From positions 31,391,967 to 31,455,966 of the forward strand of contig CM120640.1 in assembly GCA_051362555.1 (NCBI GenBank): a DNA stretch of 64,000 nt, read 5' to 3'. Of this stretch, positions 40,901 through 53,000 are shown piece after piece. This DNA is from Lingula anatina (lineage: Eukaryota > Animalia > Brachiopoda). Position 1 is the first letter of the stretch, and every line of letters begins with the position of its first letter. The position numbers were made by a program, and so were the translations under genes. The notes beneath the pieces were generated by a model, which was not told the origin of the DNA, ran no database searches, and saw only the letters and a program-made list of their open reading frames with translations.

Positions 40901-41815
40901 GTTATAAATACATCTCACGATTACGGTTATTCGTCACCACTAATCCCTAGCTCGACAACACGTTAATCAAAGGTCAGACTTAGGGAAAAATCATCAGTCA
41001 CCTGATATGGACTGATAAGATTAACCTGGACGGGCACCAGACATTGTTTACTTCCGTGGCAGGTATACGTTGGTGTGCCAAATAAATCCCACAATCGCCC
41101 AATGTTAGAAAAGCACTTCTTTGAAGGGTCAAATAAGGCTGAGTGTTATAAATAAATCCGACCGTGGTAAAACCCCGGAAACGTGTTTCAAATGGAGAGA
41201 AAAGGCGGGATGTAGCCATCATAAGCAGTGAATTGTGATTTTTTTAAAGTGAAATATTAGAAGAGCAGGTATATCGTGATTTTTTTATAGTGAAATATTA
41301 AAAGTGGGGTTAATTAAAAATGAAATTGAAATCAAAAGAAAGGATATGATATCCACTCAAACATATAGAGAAATCAGTGTTAACATCAATTTTACTTTAA
41401 GTCTCAGATGATAAACGTTAATCCCCAAAAACTTACCAGTTAGATAAAAGACATTATTCCTCAGACGTGCATCTTCTTGCAAGCTTTTGACAACCAAATA
41501 CAAATTAGAGTCTTTCGTGGCATTTTGAAAATCGTCTGTATTTTGATCATAAATAACCACATTTTTGTAGTCACCCGCCAATAGTTTTTCTCTTGAATTG
41601 GCGCAGGTAATGACATTAGCCAAGGGTAAACTTCCACCTGAACGTCTTTTAACAATAGGTGGGCAATTTATATTGTGAGATGTCCGAATATGCCCTTCAT
41701 TGTACGCTATGAACGGTCTACAGTCAACTAAGATCGTGTCGTTACATCCCCATATTTTCACGAGACCCGTGGCTGTGAGCGACTGCGGCTGGTCGTAGAT
41801 TTCTAAGTCTGCCAT
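34949..41815 (-). CDS. DUSP1: Dual-specificity MAP kinase phosphatase, DUSP1/2/4/5 type (379 aa, 4 exons)
   Basis: Exons 41815-41437, 37135-37005, 36734-36515, 35358-34949. Rhodanese domain DCRPFIAYNEGHI with kinase-interaction motif IVKRR, then VEILPWLYLGS, catalytic VHCHAGVSRSAT, APNLNFMSQL and C-terminal SP sites. Probably a single pro-orthologue of the vertebrate group. Confidence 0.93.
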
Positions 41816-42285
41816 GATAATGCTGTGATAGGCCTAGTCTTTGTCCTTCAAATGTTAAAATCTTAACTCGTGGTCAATAATTATCACAAATAATCGCAAG
41901 AAAATGAAGGCCGTGTCAGTCGGAAATGGCACTTCACCGTAGTAAATACAGTCATCGTCTTCTTTTAGCACAGATATTCCCAAACATGGCGCAATATTCT
42001 GACTCGTACACACACCGATAAAATCCCATTCACAAAACCACATGAATGGAGGTCAAATAATATAGGCCCTAGCACAGCGCGGACGCCACAGGAAACCGCG
42101 AATAGAAAATAGTCCTACTGTCATGGCATAATAATCATTTACTTCATGTTGATGTACTCAAATAAAAACCATGCCCTTGACCAGAGTTATTAATATCTGT
42201 AAAAATAACAAGCATTTGTGTCGAGAGCAAACAAATTCAATGACACCACGTCGCATGAATATGAACTGGTTTACTCCCGCCACGA

Positions 42286-42293
42286 TGACGTCA
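42286..42293. promoter_or_regulatory. Perfect CRE (TGACGTCA) upstream of the DUSP gene
   Basis: Palindromic CREB/ATF site about 470 bp upstream of the DUSP ATG, in a CpG-rich patch. Confidence 0.55.
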
Positions 42294-43979
42294 CCATCCG
42301 GCACGTAAAAATACACATATCTGTTTACAAACGTGTTTGTTAAACATCAAAAGTGAACCCACTAGATTCAAGGTCACTGAAACCTAACAAAACGGAAACG
42401 TTCCTGTGAACCCACCCTAAATATCATAGTGGCTTCATTTGCCTCGTATCTTAACACTGCCAAAACTAGTAGAAAACTCGTGCTTTATCCTTGTATATCG
42501 AATACTAGGTGCGCGAAACCGATTAATTTCGATTAAAGCAATAACGGACGTTTTATCTGTTTTAGTAATTCAAACATTTATTATTTATAAATTATCTATT
42601 TTATCTGTTTGTTTGATTGTTTGTTTGTTAGTGTGTTTATCTCTTTATGTCAATACTTTTTATATTTAGATGCCATGCTAATTATTTTAATTTTAGGCAA
42701 GTATGACAGGCCCACTGGTATATGAAGATTGAGGTGGAGGGTTCGATGGATCGTGAAACTGAGCATTGTATAGTCGTATTACTAGCTGATGATACATGAA
42801 TAAATGATGATACAAATGTCCAGTACTTTAAGCACATGTGTTCATAAATATGTATAAAACTTTATCAACAAGAGTCAGAGGTTTCATGTCATGATTTAAC
42901 TATTTGGATATACAAATAACACACGAATTCCACTATTCCGCATTAATGCAGAGATGTCCATGGGCCCCTGCAGTGCAGTCACCCTAAAGAGCTCTCTCTC
43001 TCTCTTTCTCTCTTAAGACCGGAAGATGAGTGATTATTCTTGGAAATTAGCAAATGTCCAACACTATTTTTTGTATATGCCGCTTCTCACTTCATGGCGT
43101 TCTAAACTCAAAAATACCACGTAAATGTACGTTTAAAGATTTCTTCAACTTGAATTAAGGCGATTGAACGGTTAATTGTAGTGTATACAATTAGAAATTC
43201 TGCAGACATGGACTCTGAAGATATGGACTTAGAATGTTATATATAGGAATTTTCATTAATGTTTGCATATGTCTTTTGTAATGATATGTTACGTATGGCT
43301 TTATCAAGTTAAACTAACAATATCTATTGTTATTTATTCAATTATTTTATCCTCATTCCAATCTTTAAGTTTTGAATTAAAAATAACAACACTATTACTC
43401 CTCAGAGGGCCATATGAAACAGCAATAAGCAACATTTGGGTATAATCCATGGTACGTGGCCGTATTCTAAAGGTGCGAAGGTGAGAAAATTGGCACGTTT
43501 TCGGAGCGGAAGCGTGTGGGAAAGGTGTGATACCTTATTGCGTTGTATTAAGCTCCTATAACTAGTGAAATTCACAACCAAATTATCTGTTAATGGCGCT
43601 ATATATGGTCACACAAAATCGGATCACAGTTGCAGGCGCAATTAATAATTTTGTTGAAGATTAATATCGGTCACCCCAAGACTGTCGCTGTTCACCAAAT
43701 CTGTTTAAAAGATTGAAGTCAACAGTTGTGCTACTCAATATATATTAGAGGCCAGCTTAGTGATAACAATTCCATACCGAAAATTCTCGCTGGAACCACT
43801 TCAGAAAAGTGTATAGAACTTGCCAAAGACAATACTGTGAATATTTAGTGAAAATCAGTCTGAGACCCTAGTGGATATTCAAGTGCTAAAGCACTCATAA
43901 GAATAAATAGAGTAGGGATTGTTTTTCTTCAACCAACAGCTAGTACTAAAAAAATGTTGCTTACCTCCAATTTTCGATG

Positions 43980-44038
43980 CTATCTAGAGCACCTTCATCA
44001 AGGATTGAGGTTACCCCTGATGAAGATGCTTTAGATAG
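43980..44038. repeat. 59-bp near-perfect hairpin (24-bp arms)
   Basis: CTATCTAGAGCACCTTCATCAAGG pairs with CCCTGATGAAGATGCTTTAGATAG; all three arm differences are transitions. Confidence 0.8.
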
Positions 44039-44668
44039 ACCTCTCAATATCGGGCAATAATTTCCATATTAGCTGAAAGAAAAATCTCTACTTTATTCTT
44101 ATTACATAACACATGTACAGCTAATAAAATCCCTGTGTTAAGCACCCCTCTTTTGTTAAAAAAAGATACTAGTAAAGAAAAATGAAGGGTCATCTAAAAA
44201 GTTTACATGCTTTCCAAAACTTGGAGAATAGGTGTTTAGGTCAGTTAGGCAGGTCAAATATGGTGCTTTGATAACTAATGCCCACTGTAATACTGGTTCG
44301 TCAGAAAAGCAAGGATGTTTATTGGTTTTGCAACTAGTACATGGAGCCTTTGCTGACCTTATTGGAATTCTCTACAAACTACGTCATGAAATAATCAATA
44401 TTAAAGAACTGTCGGCTGAATTATGATCATGAGAAAAAAAGGTTAAAGAAATAAAGAAAAAGAAATAAATATTGACCGAACGTGGGAAAACTGATAACAG
44501 GCTTATCAGATTATTCCAAAAGAATGAATTCAAATCATAAACAAAACGAGTTTGATTTACAGTGTTGGAAGAACATTGAAGCGAAATGCTAGCGGCTATG
44601 TCGTTACCTGCACGAAACACCTGTAGGCATATCGCCAGAGTTGCTACTGTGCTAGTACATTAAGACTG

Positions 44669-44906
44669 CATTCCCATAGATTTAGATCGATTCATCTGGA
44701 TCGACCTAACTCCCTGACGGTTCACGCTAAATTGCTGTCAGCTCAAGAGGCTTAAATGTCTGTCACGCCTACCGAATCAGCTAGGGTAAAGATAATTACC
44801 CCCTAACAGCTTTACTAGGCGTGATAGACATTTAAGCCGGCCAAGTTGACAGCAATTTAGTGAGACTCCCTAGGGGGGTAGAACGATCTGAATATCTGTG
44901 GGAATG
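44669..44906. mobile_element. About 240-bp foldback/MITE-like long inverted repeat
   Basis: Nested arm pairs: CATTCCCATAGAT/ATCTGTGGGAATG, CTAAATTGCTGTCAGCT/AGTTGACAGCAATTTAG, GGCTTAAATGTCTGTCACGCCTA/TAGGCGTGATAGACATTTAAGCC. Confidence 0.7.
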
Positions 44907-47900
44907 GTCTCTAATAGAAATGGCGAGTTTTTTGTGCTGAATTACACGTACAAAAGAACTTTCGGAATGTGAAAATTAGGATGGTAAAGCAGCATTTTGC
45001 AGGGCGAAGTGAAATCAAAGTCGTAACGGTATTCTGTTCTGAAAATAAGTCACCGACTACGCACGGTTCCAAAGTCTAAAATATTGTGTTCTGAAAATAA
45101 GTCACCGACCACAAACGGCCCCAAAGAAGACAATAAATGGGAAAGATTACTGATATAAGGATTTTAAAGGGCAGATGGTAAATACAAAAAAATGAAGACT
45201 CCATAACATAGTGACAGGCAGTGTGAAGCACGAACAGACACACCTACACGCACACACCACCAGAAAAAGAATGCATGTGAAATGATGTCCATAATGATGT
45301 CCAGAAAATAAGTAAAAAACACACACACACACTGATAAAACATGCAGTCTACAGCTGCCTATTAATTGATTTCATAAATGACGTGGATCTGGTATTGATT
45401 TAACATTTGTACCAAACCCTGTAAGTAACATGTAATTAGCCTCATCTTCCCTCTCTTCAGGCAACTCATTCACTGTCTTAAATATCGCCTCCCACGACTC
45501 ATCTTCACTCAAAGTGGTATATGTCAACTATTAAGTCGAAAACGAGACACATTATTCATCAGAATCCGAAATGAACTCACGTAGTTTTGCCAAATTTTCG
45601 TTTGTAAAATTCCCTTTCTCATGCTTATATGTAAAGATACCCTGTGTTATACAAAAAATGTATACGTGTTTGTGTGGGCGTGTGTCAGGCCTGTGCGAAT
45701 ATAAATATAAGAGGAACAGCTCACCGACATATATTTTGGCTTAAAAACCATGCTATTGGAGAGGGCATCCTTTTTTTCTACATTTATCATGCCAATAAAC
45801 TCTACATCTCCGTGACATAATTCTCACTGTTTCTGTGTTATTTCTTAAAGGAAATTAATATATTTTGAAGGTGGTATCATGTAAAAAAAATGTTGACATT
45901 ACTATCACTGTTTAACAGTGTTACATTTTCTTTCAAATACCGTTACCACAACCAAAATGTCACGGTGACATATTCTTCAGACAAGCACTTGTATATGTGC
46001 GTTGGTGCTTGATACTTGGATTTACCAAATGGGAATCATTTAAGCACTTTTGGTATTTGAAAACGGGAATACATATCGTCCACATCAGCATGATTCGACT
46101 TCCGATCCCGAGCTGTTCACGTGCTCAGTACAAGCCCTCCCACCCGTATTCCCAAGTGTTTCGGAGGAGCTCTCCTTAACATGATACAGCAGCTCGGAAG
46201 TAAGTGAATTTGAACAGGGAATTGTATCGGATATAATTCCCCGATTTGAATAACCACCTAACTTGGCACAAGCGAGAAACATGTGATCAAATATGATACA
46301 ATCTACAAATAAGCCTAGATGGTTTGTATCATTCACAATAGCGGGACACCATTGATGAAACATCACTAAACAAAGACAAGACACTTTTGTTTACCTGCAT
46401 CGCTCAAGTGATGCCTGTGGCGAATCCTTCGGTGCCACAAAAATAGAGACCCCCGCCCCTCTCACGCCCATTTTTCCTCTCCTTGGATTTGCAGCCGAAG
46501 GTCACTCGTTGGCCGAAATTTGGTTTTTTGCAACCAGTCCTCTTTTCTACCTTCCCCCATCTCCTTGAACAGGCACGGTAACCGAATTGCCTTTTCTACC
46601 TCGGTCCACGAATAGAGGCGAGACACCTGAATCTCGGGACTCGTAGAATAACAAAGTTTTACTCACGGATATCCCTCATCACACAGTTAACTGGGGATCT
46701 TACAAAACGGAGGCGAGTCACATGTACCTACATCTCCCTGCTGTGTCCCCTCACATCCGATATTAAATACGTTTAACATTAATATAAACAAACAAACACA
46801 TAAACTCAAAAACATGATTTTTAGCCCATATTACCCCTATTCCCGCTTAAATATGCTCTAAGATCTAATGATGGCATCGGGGAAATAACTACGTTTGTTT
46901 ACATGACCACAATAAATCTCAAATTGGTAAACAAGGTGTAGACTACTGTCCTAAAGAACTTCAGTGCTTCCATACATGTTTTATTTGTGGAAGAATAGCT
47001 GCATTCAAGTCGGAGGATGTGGTATCCCTTTGAACATACTCAAAAGAGGATGGGTTGGGTATTTGGTAAACTACTTTACAAAAAAGAAGAGAACCTCAAA
47101 ACTTATACTCACCTTTAAACCAAACGGATACTCTTTCTGTTACAGTCTAAATAACCATATTACACTCTCGGTTTACAGTTTCTCATTATGCTAGTGAACT
47201 TTCCACATCCAATAGTGACACACCTTAATAAGACATTACACATACATTGCGTCACAAGAGTCAGTTTGAAGACACATTAGTGTAGTGCGTGATATCATTA
47301 GTATTAATCCAATAATAATAATTATTATAATTATTATAATTAACCGAAACATCCAGAAATACACAAAATTAGTCACTAATGTTCAATCTTTAGGTCTAAA
47401 CAATGCAACACAACACATCTATTAACACACTTACAAGAAATGAGAATATAACATAGAGAACATTGGATACTGGTTTAGGTGTGGCAGTTTTATTCACTGT
47501 GAAGGACAACCGGTATGATAGTAGAATGTAAACAAATATAATAGTGTAGAGCAAATCCAAATCATGACAAACGGAAATTATTAAGAAAGAAGCAAATATT
47601 TATAGGTCTTTGACCTTCACCTGACAACTATTGTATTTTTTCGTGAACCGTTCAATGTATTTGAGCATAATGCACGTCACGTAAGTTGCATAACACGACA
47701 TCATGTCGACTACTGGTAAATGTACCACACCCCTCCCTTTAAAAAATCTACATTTTTAAACTATGCTTTAGTTACGAAAAGGCTTCTAAAATATCCCAGA
47801 AAATAATGTTATGTCACGTGTCGATTTTGACTCTTCAATACTTTTTACTTTTGCCCCAAGCCTAGGAAAATTGAGTCTGTGTGATTGAAACTGAGGATTT

Positions 47901-49974
47901 TGTCTTTTAACGTGGATTGTACTGACTGATCTTTTTATTAATGAGGAATAGTGTTATGCATTTATGCTGCATAATATTGATCTCAAAATTTAACTGTTTC
48001 ATTTCTTAGGTTAGCTTCTAACATTGGTTGGAATAAGTAAAAAGCTATGAAATTGCAGAAAACTCGAATTGAACATTTTTTGAAAATCTGCCCTCAGCAG
48101 TATTACCAACACCAGTTAAGGAAGCTATTAATCGCTGGTTATTCTTCCGGTATTAATTGTTGCTATGGTAACGACTTTGTCACTTGCGTTCTATTGGTCT
48201 CATCTGAGACAGTAACAGAAATCTTACATCATCGTATGGTCTTTAAATTCAGGACATTCACAAAAGAGAGGGGACGAGAGAGAGGGGAGGAGAGGACAAA
48301 AAAACAAACGCAAGAACAGAATTAGTATAAATGCTTTCTTTACTCCGTTAAACATTGACATGCTGCTGATGCATGTTTTTCAGCGGAAAAACAGCAGCAA
48401 GGGCTTCCGTGTTTAAACAATTTGTTTGTATGTGATGTATGATTTGGGAAGAAGAAACGTTCAAACCAGTACTCTCTTTCATTACTTTCTTTTTACCTGG
48501 AACACACTATTGCCTTATAAAAATCGCGGTATCAATATTAAGGTGATTCATGGGTAGGTTTCCTTGATGTTTTCTCTGAAAATTTATTTTCAGGTAAACA
48601 AAGCAAGGGGAATTTTCAATGCCTTTCCTCTTCTCTTGTCAGTCATTGTGAATGGATGCAAATCCTGGGGGAAAAGAGTGAATAAGACATTCTCTATACG
48701 CCGATACAACAAATACAACAAACTATTATTATTAGCTGAGAATCCTGGAAACTGCTAATTGACAAGTTTAAGGCTTAGAATAATTCCATGCACCCTTTTG
48801 TGTGCTGTGAGATAAGGAAATCGGAAATCAATCGCCAACCCGCCGATGGTTGGTGGATAGCAGTGCTTTGCTCAGGTTCAAATCTCAGCCGAATTATAGA
48901 TTGGGGAAGAGCGAGATACGACATCAATTTCCCTAGAGACAGAGGAAGATCAATTAAGAAAGCCTTTGTGCATAAAATTTGCATTTCTACAATCCCTTGT
49001 GCAGTGGCATCTAAAATTCGAAGTGCGGGCAAACGCCTACTGCTCAGATTTTTTGAAGAAGCCGACAAGTATTTGAATAAATGTAGCAGGCCACTGCTGT
49101 GCTCAAAATACAGCGGTGTGATTATGCGTGATGTTCAGATCCCGATTTCCGGTTAGATAGATCCACTATTGACTTAATTCTAAATGAAATCTACCAATTA
49201 TTGAACCAGAAAGCCGAGGAATAAATACCGATCCAACTTGACCCAACAGAGTACAAAGCATAGGCTTACACCCAGCAAAGTCTTTTATTTCTGATTAGTC
49301 ATTTATACGCCTTTTTTTTTCAGAATTTAATGTTATACCGGGCCTTGGGCCAGACATTTCGCAGAAACTGGAATGGGGTTGGGGTGGAGGTCTTTTTCTG
49401 AATATCAAAGTCGCTACATGCAGCGGTTGTCCACAAATTATTAAGGAGTAGGCCCCTTAAAATAGCATATATTTTGCCTTGGCCATTTAGTTTTTATAAA
49501 GTCTGTCAATTCAATTTTAGATCGAGACAATCACGAGAAAAGTATGATCTAGAAAATTCATTAAAATATTCATCAGTATTGTTGAGCTGCGTCTAACCCG
49601 TCTCTTTCACGGTCATGCACGGTATGATTTGTGATTTGGTCCAGATATTTACTTAGTATAGACCAAAGAATTACGCAATCCTTTCCCTACAAGATGTATA
49701 TCATTATTTCAACATCTTTGAAAGACGGACAGCCGATTTCAGAATTAAATTCAATGTCGTCATCACAGTTTTCAAAAAAAAAAAAAAAGTAAATCCGTTG
49801 CATTACATATTTCAACATTAAAATGACATATAACGTTAATGCCTAAACAAAAAGTATATATCTATAAGAAAATGAAAGTAGAAGAATATGCGATTATGCA
49901 TAGAATTGACACCATGTGCAGTGGACTATAAAATTTTATCACTGTAATCGACCAGCAGATTGTGTTAGAGGCGA

Positions 49975-50025
49975 CCAATGAAATGCTGGCACGTTGGGAG
50001 CGAGCTGCCTGCAACATCACTTCCG
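49975..50025 (+). promoter_or_regulatory. ERGIC1 proximal promoter: ERSE-like element plus ETS site
   Basis: CCAAT-N9-GCACG at 49975-49993 (ERSE consensus is CCAAT-N9-CCACG). CACTTCCG at 50018-50025. ATG at 50088. Confidence 0.45.
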
Positions 50026-50087
50026 CCGTTCACATGTGCTGTGTGTTTTGATTCGGACCAGATATTTAGTGCACGACAGGCAGGAAG

Positions 50088-53000
50088 ATGCAGTTTGATA
50101 TAAGAAGGTAATTTATTTTTTTGCAAGCTACTTATTTTCATTACGTTTACAGCATAGAGAAAGATGTTTATATAACTGCCATCTTTTTCGATACTTGATG
50201 CACCAAACGAATATACATGTACTATATTATTCAGGTATTTATAAACTGAAGCCTATCTCTGTCGATTTTAGTATGAAGTATGGATTAATTTTGATCGGCT
50301 GCGTTATGATAAGCCGAATGATAGACTAGCGCGGTATCCTAAATTCGTTTTACGTCGTTTTAAGATTCAAAAACCGATCACTTAATTAAGGTGACACACC
50401 CAAACCCAATATAGAGGTGCAAACGATGTCACAGTGATGTTCACAAAAATATGTAGTGCACAGATTACAAACTATGTTTTATTATTTTAGGGTCCCACAT
50501 AAAGAAGTTTGTATTAAAGTTTTACTTTCCTGGAACCACGAATAATAAAAAATAATTCATCATTTAACCCCAAAAAGGAACATACGTTACTGTCACAAAT
50601 GCATAACGTCTAGCTGTGGAAACGTTTTAATCACTTTGAAAATTCAATCATCACGGGTTTTGTTCTTTAATTTATCTCCTACAAGTATAACGTTGTGAAA
50701 AATTACGAAAAGCTTTTGTATAGAGCAGTTAATTGTTTTTTAGCGACTTAAGTTTGCCTGTCACTGAATATTAAAAAAACGGGGAAAATACACCCTACCG
50801 ACAGTAAAATAAGCATTTAATAAATTATTTTTCCCCTCGTGCTCCAAATATTATATCTGAAATGTCAAACTATCATGGAATCACGATATATTTTTCTGTC
50901 AGCAAAAGAAAACATTGTTTTCTCTTGCACCAAGTACTTGTACAAAATGAAACATTTTGTCAATTTTCCTAGGGAACATACGTTACCTAGTATAAGCTAT
51001 GACGCAGGCCCCATTGGTTACGGTTTAAATATTTATAAAAAAACGTCCTTACGTCATATTTAATTTAACATGATCGAATCACTTCAAAATATATAAGAAC
51101 ACGTTATGAAAATAAAAATTAGGTGGCCTGGAACATACGTTACCGGAACATACGTTACCAGTGAAAATCTACTTGTGCCCGAAACTGGCTCCGAAAGAAA
51201 AATTAGCTTCTGTTTGAGATGTCAGGTGGTTCTTTCTGACGTCTGCTCGAGCTAAAGATTAGATGAGGTAAGTTACAAGTGTAAATAAATCCATAAAATC
51301 CTCAGTAACGATGAAGGCGAAGTGAATGATTTTCTCGTAATAAAAAATTAAATTCAAATTCAGAAATGAATGTCAAAGACGGAAATAAATGTCAAACAAA
51401 ACTATGCAAGGAAAAAAAAATCGCCAACGAGCGCATTGAGCGCAGTGCCAAATACATTGATACCGAACGGGAACATCATTATTTCAGAAAAATGCAAAAA
51501 CAAGAGCTGAGATTTAAAAATAATATCGATCTCGTAAAAAAGAAATGAGAGTGACGCTTATTTGGAAGCGAAAGAAAACGGGTTCAAAATACTATGTAGG
51601 CCTGCCTTCCGCCTCCTTATAAATGTCGTGAAAGACAAAAGAGGCATGCGAAGACTAAATCGCGAAAACGAAAACTTCACCAAAGAAAAGAAAAGCTCTT
51701 AGCTGCTATATAGAAGTTGCCGAGGCAAGTCCACAGCAATCACCACTTGTTGTGTGTGCAAGGTGGTCACAACGTGGAAACGATTGAGAAGAAACTGAAG
51801 GCAGTCACAATGAACTATTAAAGAACTACAATCACAGGTTAATGCCATAAGCAAGAGGGAGAATGCTATCCGGCAACGATTTAGTCATTGTAGAAGACGA
51901 AATATGGAACCACCTGAATTTCCCACATGCCCCAAAATTAAGACAGAGCGCATCATACAGCAGGCTATGCACCCAAGCTAACACTGTGCAGGAGCAATTA
52001 CTTTTATGTCACCTCCATCCCAGTGTACCACAAACTTTCATAGTCTTATTTATAACAAAAAGAAGGCAACAAAGAATATCGATTGTTCAAGATTTGGTCA
52101 AACAAGGCCGCTTTTATTTTATAACCCCACTTCCCTAATTATTTTAGCAATAATAACAATGTAGCAAATTGTTGCCTTTATCCTTAGGGATGAAAATAAT
52201 ATCATATATACATATAATATTCAATAAGACTAATCATCCTAAAAATATGACGACTTATAGAAAATGTTTTTTTAGCTACAGTGGGTCAAGTTTAACGAGT
52301 TACACCAAGAAGTAAGATGAAAATTTTGCATAATAAAGTGGCTGAGAATATTGCGAAGACGTAACGTTGTCTCAGATTTCTTACCGCTGCTACTGGCATT
52401 TGCCGGGAATCGTTGGTCGAGAACTCGCGAAAAGGGGATGAACAGGTCGAAAGGTCGACGGATGGGAGTAGCAGGAAAAAAAGGCAAGCTGTATACGATT
52501 TTTTGATCGAGACGACTATAGTAGAGCGCAAGAGCGCCAGTAACCAAAATAAAAAAATCATCGAGCACGTTGGCAGAGTAAAAACACAGTATGAACATCT
52601 AAGAAATCTCAAGAAAACTTTTACAAGAAATCATGCAGCCTATAATTTGTCTTAAATAGCGACTGATAAGGACCATATCGAGACCCTTGAACTCTAAAGT
52701 GATATCTGTTTCTTATACTCACTCAATGGAAAGACCTAAAACGTAATTTTGTGAGCCAATTACTTTTTATAAATGGAACAAACATTACATATATACTTTT
52801 TTTTAATTCCCAAAAGTGCCGAAATCCGCAAGTCAATTAAGACCTTTCAGAGAGGATAGTAAAGCTAATTTTGAACGAATTCTCTGCTGTATTGGAAAAC
52901 CTATAGGTGTGTTGAAAAAGGCTTCGTTTAAAGAGGTGGTAGGTTAGATGTTTCTGAGATCTGTATTTCTTTACATGCAAATGATGAAGACGCTTGATAC

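Noticed and set aside
43995-44030. CTGATGA as a hammerhead ribozyme core
   Set aside because: No correctly placed GAAA or three-stem junction; the motif is inside a simple hairpin.
45036-45110. Direct repeat TTCTGAAAATAAGTCACCGAC (2 copies); similar 2-copy repeat at 41235-41300
   Set aside because: Simple local tandem duplications with no further structure.
46385-46722. GC-richer segment ending in ...TCACA, possible solo LTR
   Set aside because: No matching TG...CA boundary with a TSD could be defined.
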